64,000 nucleotides of DNA. Origin: Bacteroidota bacterium. Its GTDB lineage: Bacteria; Bacteroidota; Bacteroidia; Bacteroidales; JACABE01. Under the pieces are notes generated by a model. The model searched no databases, had not been told where the DNA came from, and saw nothing but the letters and a program-made list of their open reading frames with translations. Made by a program: the position numbers and the translations under genes. The stretch is from positions 94,060 through 158,059 of the forward strand of contig JAPLDQ010000021.1 of NCBI GenBank assembly GCA_026391675.1. Direction: 5' to 3'. This document shows, piece after piece, positions 58,125-64,000 of this stretch (position 1 is the first letter of the stretch; the number at the start of each line of letters is the position of its first letter).

Positions 58125-58982
58125 ATGAAGAACAAATATTTAATGATTGCATTAATTGTAATTTCTTTCAATGTTTTCAACTATTCTTATTCTCAAACAA
58201 TAAAATTAATAACCTATAATATTAGATATGACAATTCCGGTGATGGATTAAATGCATGGAGCAACAGAAAAGATTTCTTTTGTAATCAATTAAAATTTTA
58301 TGCACCGGATATATTTGGTATTCAGGAAGGATTGGAGAATCAGATAAATTACATTGACAGTTCACTTCAGGTTTATAATTATGTGGGAGTAGGGCGTGAT
58401 GACGGCAAAAAAAAGGGGGAACATTCAGCAATTTTTTATAACACAAAAAAGTTTATTCTTATTCAACAATCAACATTCTGGTTATCAGAAACGCCAGATA
58501 TTATTTCAAAAGGCTGGGATGCTGCATTAAACAGAATATGTACCTATGCTTTATTTGAAACTAAGGACAGCAAACAAAAATTCTGGGTTTTTAATACCCA
58601 TTTTGATCATATCGGTGAATTGGCAAGAACAAACAGTGCAAAATTAATTGTTGAAAAAATTAAATCCTTAAACAAATCTAATTATCCGGTATTTCTCATG
58701 GGAGACTTTAATTCTGAATCAAATACTGATGCATATAAGCATATAATCACCTATTTAAGCGATGCAAAAAATGTAGCAAAAGATCTGGTATTTGGACCTG
58801 AAGGCAGTTTTAACGGATTTCAATTTACAAAACCGGTTACAGAAAGAATTGATTTTATCTTTGTTGATACCAGGAAAATTGAAGTTAAAAATTTTGCAAT
58901 CTTAAGCGATTCCAAGGATTGCAGATATCCATCAGATCATTTACCTGTTTATATTGAAGCCACTTTTAAGAATAAGAAATAA
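58125..58982 (+). CDS. secreted endonuclease/exonuclease/phosphatase (EEP) family protein
   Basis: Signal peptide, ..ITYNIRY.., ..FGIQE.., ..NTHFDH.., ..MGDFN.. and ..PSDHLPV... Confidence 0.8.
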   Translation: MKNKYLMIALIVISFNVFNYSYSQTIKLITYNIRYDNSGDGLNAWSNRKDFFCNQLKFYAPDIFGIQEGLENQINYIDSSLQVYNYVGVGRDDGKKKGEHSAIFYNTKKFILIQQSTFWLSETPDIISKGWDAALNRICTYALFETKDSKQKFWVFNTHFDHIGELARTNSAKLIVEKIKSLNKSNYPVFLMGDFNSESNTDAYKHIITYLSDAKNVAKDLVFGPEGSFNGFQFTKPVTERIDFIFVDTRKIEVKNFAILSDSKDCRYPSDHLPVYIEATFKNKK

Positions 58983-59019
58983 TTCTAAATTCTAAAATCT
59001 AATTTCTAAATTTAATTTA

Positions 59020-60660
59020 TCAGGAAAGATATTTTCCAACTATGGGTAAACGTCTGCCCATACCGAATGCTTTAGGCGAAATCCTAAGAATAGGAGGGGT
59101 CTGGTATCGCTTATATTCGTTAGTATTTACTAATTTCAGTGTTTTTTTAACAATAGCTTCATCAAAACCCATATTTATCAGTTCTTTAGGACCTTTGCGT
59201 TTTTCAATATACTGATAAAGTATCTTATCCAGTATTTCATAATCAGGCAAGGAATCAATATCTTTCTGATTTGGCCGCAATTCGGCAGAAGGAGGTTTAA
59301 TGATTGAATTATGAGGAATTAATTCTTTGTCTTTATTAATAAAATGAGCCAATTCATAAACTTCAGTCTTGTATAAATCGCCCAAAACAGATAAACCGCC
59401 GCACATATCGCCATAAAGTGTACCATATCCAACAGCAGCCTCGCTTTTATTCGAAGTATTAAGCAAAACATAGCCGAATTTATTGCAAAAAGCCATAAGT
59501 ACTACTGCTCTGATTCTTGCCTGAAGATTTTCTTCGGTTACATCATGTGGCAAACCTTTAAAATAGGGGGAAAGGCTATTCTCAAAGCTATTATAGTCTT
59601 CTTCAATCGGGATTATCTCGTAGGCAACCTTTAAATTTTCGGCCAATTTAAGGGCATCATCAATAGAATGCTGAGATGAAAATTGGGATGGAAGTAAAAT
59701 AGCTTTAACATTTTCAGGACCAAGCGCTTTAGCAGCCAAAACCAATGTTACGGCAGAATCAATACCACCCGAAAGTCCCAGAATTGCTTTTTTAAAACCA
59801 AGTTTTGCAAAATAATCTTTTATACCCAGAACCAATGCATTATGAATTGATTCTATCTTTGAAATTTCAATTTCCTGAAAAATGCTATTATCCTTTGAGT
59901 TTAAAACATCAGTATCAAAAATTCTAAAGTCCTCCTCAAAAGATTTTAATTGACAAATAATATTGGCATTTGAATTAATTGCCAGCGATGAACCATCAAA
60001 TATTAATTCAGTCTGAGCACCAACATGATTTACATATAAAAGGGGAATTTTATATTTCAATACATTATTAATCAATACTGCTTTACGCTTATCAACTTGC
60101 TCATAATTAAAGGGTGAAGCAGCTATATTAATCATAATATCAGGATGTTGCGCAATAAGATCGTCCATGGGAGAGTAGGGGTAGAGCTGTTCTTCGCCAA
60201 TATTCCAGAGATCTTCGCAAATAGTAAGTGCAATTTTATATCCTTTAAAATCAATAATATTGGAATTTCTGCTGGGTTCAAAATAGCGGTATTCGTCAAA
60301 AACATCATAATTGGGTAACAAACTCTTATGATGCAAGGATTGAATTTTACCATTACAGATAAAAGCTGCCGAATTAAAAAGATTTTTTCCTTTCTTATCA
60401 GGATTATGAGTTGGCAGGCCAACAATGACAGCAATATCAAAAGCTTCAGCTGCAATTTGCTGCAGGTTTAAATGGCATTGCTCAATAAAATCAGTAAATT
60501 CAAGAAAATCTCTTGGAGGATATCCACAAATAGCCAATTCGGCAAAAACGATTAAATCACACGCTGTGTTTTTGGCTTTTTTAATGGAATTAAGGATAGA
60601 AGCAGTATTCTTTTCAAAATTTCCTATATGATAATTAAGCTGTGCAAGTGCAATTTTCAT
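59020..60660 (-). CDS. nadE: glutamine-dependent NAD+ synthetase
   Basis: N-terminal CN-hydrolase domain (..VFAELAICGYPP.., ..LTICEDLW..) and C-terminal NAD synthetase with the P-loop LGLSGGIDS. Confidence 0.9.
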   Translation of the reverse strand: MKIALAQLNYHIGNFEKNTASILNSIKKAKNTACDLIVFAELAICGYPPRDFLEFTDFIEQCHLNLQQIAAEAFDIAVIVGLPTHNPDKKGKNLFNSAAFICNGKIQSLHHKSLLPNYDVFDEYRYFEPSRNSNIIDFKGYKIALTICEDLWNIGEEQLYPYSPMDDLIAQHPDIMINIAASPFNYEQVDKRKAVLINNVLKYKIPLLYVNHVGAQTELIFDGSSLAINSNANIICQLKSFEEDFRIFDTDVLNSKDNSIFQEIEISKIESIHNALVLGIKDYFAKLGFKKAILGLSGGIDSAVTLVLAAKALGPENVKAILLPSQFSSQHSIDDALKLAENLKVAYEIIPIEEDYNSFENSLSPYFKGLPHDVTEENLQARIRAVVLMAFCNKFGYVLLNTSNKSEAAVGYGTLYGDMCGGLSVLGDLYKTEVYELAHFINKDKELIPHNSIIKPPSAELRPNQKDIDSLPDYEILDKILYQYIEKRKGPKELINMGFDEAIVKKTLKLVNTNEYKRYQTPPILRISPKAFGMGRRLPIVGKYLS

Positions 60661-60689
60661 TATAAATTAATTAGATTTAAGAGAGGCTT

Positions 60690-61388
60690 TTAAAATAATA
60701 TGCCAATAGATAGCTCAAATGAATTAGACGATGCATCAGCATCAATCTGAGGCGTTGTTTTAACTGTATTAAAAATATTATTAAAGCCATTGTTGAAACT
60801 AATAGCACCAATTAATGATGTAGAACCACCCAGGTTATATTCAACACCTGCTGCCAATATCATTGAAAGCCGGAAAAAGTTAATCTGGTCCTGAATTTTT
60901 ATATCAGTTTTACTAATGGCAACACTTGAGCTATTTGGGATAAAATCATCATCAGAATAGGCTGAAATCCTCATTCCCAATCCTAAACCGACCTGCCCGA
61001 ATATAGTTAAATATCCGAATTGTCTGGTTTTCATTTTTACACTAACAGGAATCTCAACATATTTTGTTTTAATATTACGGTGTTTTGTACCGGGTATTAA
61101 AGCTGTATCTGCATCAGGATAAATAATTCTACCACCTATTGAATTAATATTAAAACCTGTTGAAAAGAAATATTTTTCAGCAAAGCGAAAATCAGCAATA
61201 AAACCCCAGGAAAATTTTAAAGAAGTCCCATCACTGGTTATATCAGAAGAATTTGAATTCAACCATGCTATATTAGGTGAAATCTTAGCACCTAATTGAA
61301 CAAAAGATTTATCTTTTATTTGGGCATGAATTTTGCTGAAAGATAATATGGAAATCAAACAGAATACTAAAACAAGAGGTTTTTTCAT
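60690..61388 (-). CDS. small outer-membrane beta-barrel protein (PorT/OMP_b-brl_2-like)
   Basis: Signal peptide, an alternating beta pattern, ..LGAKISPN.. near the N-terminus and a C-terminal ..LSIGILF. Confidence 0.55.
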   Translation of the reverse strand: MKKPLVLVFCLISILSFSKIHAQIKDKSFVQLGAKISPNIAWLNSNSSDITSDGTSLKFSWGFIADFRFAEKYFFSTGFNINSIGGRIIYPDADTALIPGTKHRNIKTKYVEIPVSVKMKTRQFGYLTIFGQVGLGLGMRISAYSDDDFIPNSSSVAISKTDIKIQDQINFFRLSMILAAGVEYNLGGSTSLIGAISFNNGFNNIFNTVKTTPQIDADASSNSFELSIGILF

Positions 61389-61516
61389 ATAAAAAATTTT
61401 TAGAATGATTTATTATAGCTCAACAAAATTAACTAAATTCGCAAAATAAAACTTCATCAATAAATATATTTTCAAACATATTTCATTTAATAATTAATTA
61501 TCATAAAACGTTTAAA

Positions 61517-62158
61517 ATGAAAAAAATAGCTTTAATTTTAATAACTTTTTTTGTTGTAATTACTACTACAAATGCTCAATCACCTCTTAACCTCGGTGTG
61601 AAAATCGGGTTTAATTCTACTAAAATGCCAACTGAATTTAAAAATGTTTCTGACATTACGGATCAGGCAAAAACCGGGTTTTTAGCAGGTGCATTTGTCA
61701 GAATTAATTTACCTGTGTTTTATATTCAACCTGAAATATATTTTACAAAAAAAGGAGGTAGTTTCCAGAGTGCAACGATTCCTCAATTTAATAATATGTT
61801 ATTAACGCAGCAAACCGTTTTAAATACAATTGATATTCCTGTATTGGCAGGAATGAAATTAATAAATTTGAGCGTATTTAACTTCAGGGTAATGGCTGGT
61901 CCTGTGATTTCATTTGTTACCAGCAAAGATGTTGCCTATCAGATTAATGGTGTAGCACAGGCCATAAATAGCGGAACATCAGTTACAACGTCATACAAGG
62001 ACAAATTATGGGGTATTCAGGTCGGAGCAGGCATTGATGTTTTGAAATTTACCCTCGATATAAGATATGAATGGGGATTGAATAATATTTCAGATAGTCC
62101 TGATATGAATATTAAAACAAAATTGCTGAATGTATCATTAGGAATGAAGTTCTTATAG
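61517..62158 (+). CDS. small outer-membrane beta-barrel protein (PorT/OMP_b-brl_2-like)
   Basis: Signal peptide, ..LGVKIGFNSTK.. and a C-terminal ..VSLGMKFL. Confidence 0.55.
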   Translation: MKKIALILITFFVVITTTNAQSPLNLGVKIGFNSTKMPTEFKNVSDITDQAKTGFLAGAFVRINLPVFYIQPEIYFTKKGGSFQSATIPQFNNMLLTQQTVLNTIDIPVLAGMKLINLSVFNFRVMAGPVISFVTSKDVAYQINGVAQAINSGTSVTTSYKDKLWGIQVGAGIDVLKFTLDIRYEWGLNNISDSPDMNIKTKLLNVSLGMKFL

Positions 62159-62217
62159 TTAACATTTTTTTTAGAATATAAGATAATTTAATTATTGAAA
62201 ATCAATCCGTTATATAG

Positions 62218-63234
62218 ATGTATTTTATAAGAAAAATATCTTTTCTGATTTTAACAGTACTGATAGGAACTGCCATTATCAGTTGCAAAAACAAAAATTC
62301 AAATCATTTTGCTGTTAACATTCCTGAAGATAAGAAAGTCAGTATTACAATCCATCGCTATGAAAAAGTACTGATGAATATTAATACCAATAACTTAAAG
62401 AATGAGTTATTAAAGTATAAATCAGAATATAAGATTTTTCTGGATGGGAATCTGGATGATAGCCTGAAAATTTTACAATTGTACAATTTTATTTCAGACC
62501 CCAATTTACATGAAATTTATGATGAACTCATTAAAGTATATCCTGATGTAAGTGGATTAGAGAAAAAGCTTTCAGATGCTTTTACACATTTAAAATATTA
62601 TTTTCCTGAAAAACAAACACCTAAAGTTTACAGTTATATTTCATTTCTTGATTTTGATAACAGGATAATTTATCTGGATACTGTGATGGCAATTGCTTTG
62701 GATATGTATTTAGGGAAAGATTATAAGTTATATCCTTCTGTAAAAATACCGCTATACGTAACATTGCGCTTAGATAGTAATTATATTACTACCGATTGTA
62801 TGAAAAATATTGCTGCCAAAATGTTTCCCCTCGATCTGAACAGTAAAACCCTGCTCGAAAATATGATTTATCAGGGAAAAATACTTTATTTTACTGATGC
62901 AATGTTACCTGATGTTGCAGCAGGCATAAAAATAGGATATACAGCGGCTCAAATGGATTGGTGTACAAAAAATGAAGGAAATATGTGGGCATTCTTTATA
63001 CAGAATAAATTATTGTATGTAAATGACTATTATAAAATACGTTCATTTATCAGTGAAGCACCTTCTACAAAGGGATTTATAAATTCGCCTCCCAGAATAG
63101 CTGAATGGATTGGCTGGCAGATTGTAAAATCTTATATGGAAAACCATAAAAATATGACAATTAAAGATTTAATGAATGAAATTGATGCTCAAAAAATACT
63201 AAATGACTCAAAATACAAACCTAAGAAAAACTAA
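62218..63234 (+). CDS. gldB: gliding-motility lipoprotein GldB-like
   Basis: Lipoprotein signal ..AIISC and a size of about 330 aa. It lies next to nadE, as I recall for gldB in flavobacteria. The family call is not verified by alignment. Confidence 0.5.
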   Translation: MYFIRKISFLILTVLIGTAIISCKNKNSNHFAVNIPEDKKVSITIHRYEKVLMNINTNNLKNELLKYKSEYKIFLDGNLDDSLKILQLYNFISDPNLHEIYDELIKVYPDVSGLEKKLSDAFTHLKYYFPEKQTPKVYSYISFLDFDNRIIYLDTVMAIALDMYLGKDYKLYPSVKIPLYVTLRLDSNYITTDCMKNIAAKMFPLDLNSKTLLENMIYQGKILYFTDAMLPDVAAGIKIGYTAAQMDWCTKNEGNMWAFFIQNKLLYVNDYYKIRSFISEAPSTKGFINSPPRIAEWIGWQIVKSYMENHKNMTIKDLMNEIDAQKILNDSKYKPKKN

Positions 63235-63236
63235 AC

Positions 63237-64000
63237 ATGCTCGTAAAAACTTTTGGTAGTGCAATTTTTGGTGTAAATGCAATTACCATAACGGTTGAAG
63301 TTAATATTGATCAGGGTATTAATTTTGCAATGGTCGGATTACCTGATAGCGCTGTAAAAGAAAGCCATCAGCGCATAGAGGCAGCTCTGAAAAACGTAGG
63401 CTATCGCATTCCCGGAAAAAAAATTGTCGTTAATATGGCTCCTGCTGATATCCGCAAGGAAGGATCAGCGTATGACCTAACTATTGCCATAGGCATTTTG
63501 GCTGCTTCTGAGCAAATTAATCCTGATAATGTTGATAAATATATCATCATGGGTGAATTGTCGTTAGACGGAGGATTACAGCCTATAAAAGGTAGTTTGC
63601 CAATAGCCATTGAAGCCCACAAACAAGGATTTAAAGGTATTATATTACCTAGGCAAAATGCCAGGGAAGCAGCTATCGTTTCAAAAATAGATGTGCATGG
63701 TGTTGAAAATATCAAAGAAGTAATCGCTTTTTTTAAAGATGGTGTTGAACTCGAAAAAACAATAATCAATACCAGAGACGAATTCTATAACAGTTTGAAC
63801 GAATATGAATTCGATTTTTCGGATGTAAAAGGCCAGGAAAATATAAAAAGGGCTTTGGAAATTGCTGCTGCCGGCGGACATAATGTGATATTAATCGGAC
63901 CTCCGGGTTCAGGTAAAACTATGTTAGCCAAACGTATGCCTTCCATTTTGCCTCCATTGAATTTATATGAAGCGCTGGAAACTACAAAGATTCATTCTGT
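63237..64000 (+). CDS. YifB/ComM-family Mg-chelatase-like ATPase (3'-truncated by the window end)
   Basis: Translated by hand: [22 protein letters not shown]...[16 protein letters not shown]...[13 protein letters not shown]... with Walker A GPPGSGKT near 63900. It is not in the ORF track because it has no stop codon within the window. Confidence 0.85.
   Translation, partial: MLVKTFGSAIFGVNAITITVEVNIDQGINFAMVGLPDSAVKESHQRIEAALKNVGYRIPGKKIVVNMAPADIRKEGSAYDLTIAIGILAASEQINPDNVDKYIIMGELSLDGGLQPIKGSLPIAIEAHKQGFKGIILPRQNAREAAIVSKIDVHGVENIKEVIAFFKDGVELEKTIINTRDEFYNSLNEYEFDFSDVKGQENIKRALEIAAAGGHNVILIGPPGSGKTMLAKRMPSILPPLNLYEALETTKIHS

Noticed and set aside
1-64000. tRNA, rRNA, tmRNA or SRP RNA genes in the longer intergenic regions (2813-3491, 20513-20924, 39902-40442, 40725-41245, 42173-42590)
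   Set aside because: No cloverleaf-compatible sequence or conserved RNA core was recognised by eye. The GGAAAGGAAC stretch in element 1 only superficially resembles the SRP domain IV GGAAGGAAGC.

Overview
This is a 64-kb chromosomal segment of a low-GC Bacteroidota genome. Four proteins end in the T9SS C-terminal sorting domain (..YPNPA..), there is a GldB-like lipoprotein, and TAnnTTTG -7 boxes sit about 20-30 nt upstream of many start codons. Most of the window is housekeeping core: recF-DUF721, ispH, guaD, pepD, aroQ, psd, cdsA, ftsH, rsfS, birA, DAHP synthase/chorismate mutase, asnS, rpoN, rmuC, trmH, bTHX, nadE, gldB and comM/yifB. I saw no rRNA, tRNA, CRISPR array, transposase or integrase. 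Six parts deserve a second look. (1) At the left edge (1-4.7 kb), unrelated small ORFs are each closed by a conserved 110-135 nt element ending in AACGTTAT. A Fic gene there is bracketed by about 170-bp direct repeats that duplicate the terminator, promoter and first codons of the downstream GH29 fucosidase. (2) A GH29 fucosidase sits next to a PNGase F-like amidase. (3) The 39.9-42.6 kb stretch is packed with long hairpins, a ~227-bp palindrome and a composite 3' repeat that follows three consecutive unrelated genes. (4) The [FeFe]-hydrogenase maturase genes are arranged hydE-DUF493-hydF-aspartase paralogue. (5) One operon encodes a urea-transporter-like membrane domain fused to an M23 peptidase, together with a TPR/beta-barrel protein and a TPR protein. 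(6) A limited vocabulary of 7-10 nt tandem 'word' repeats fills many intergenic 3' regions. All functional calls rest on motifs recognised by eye, and no database search was possible.
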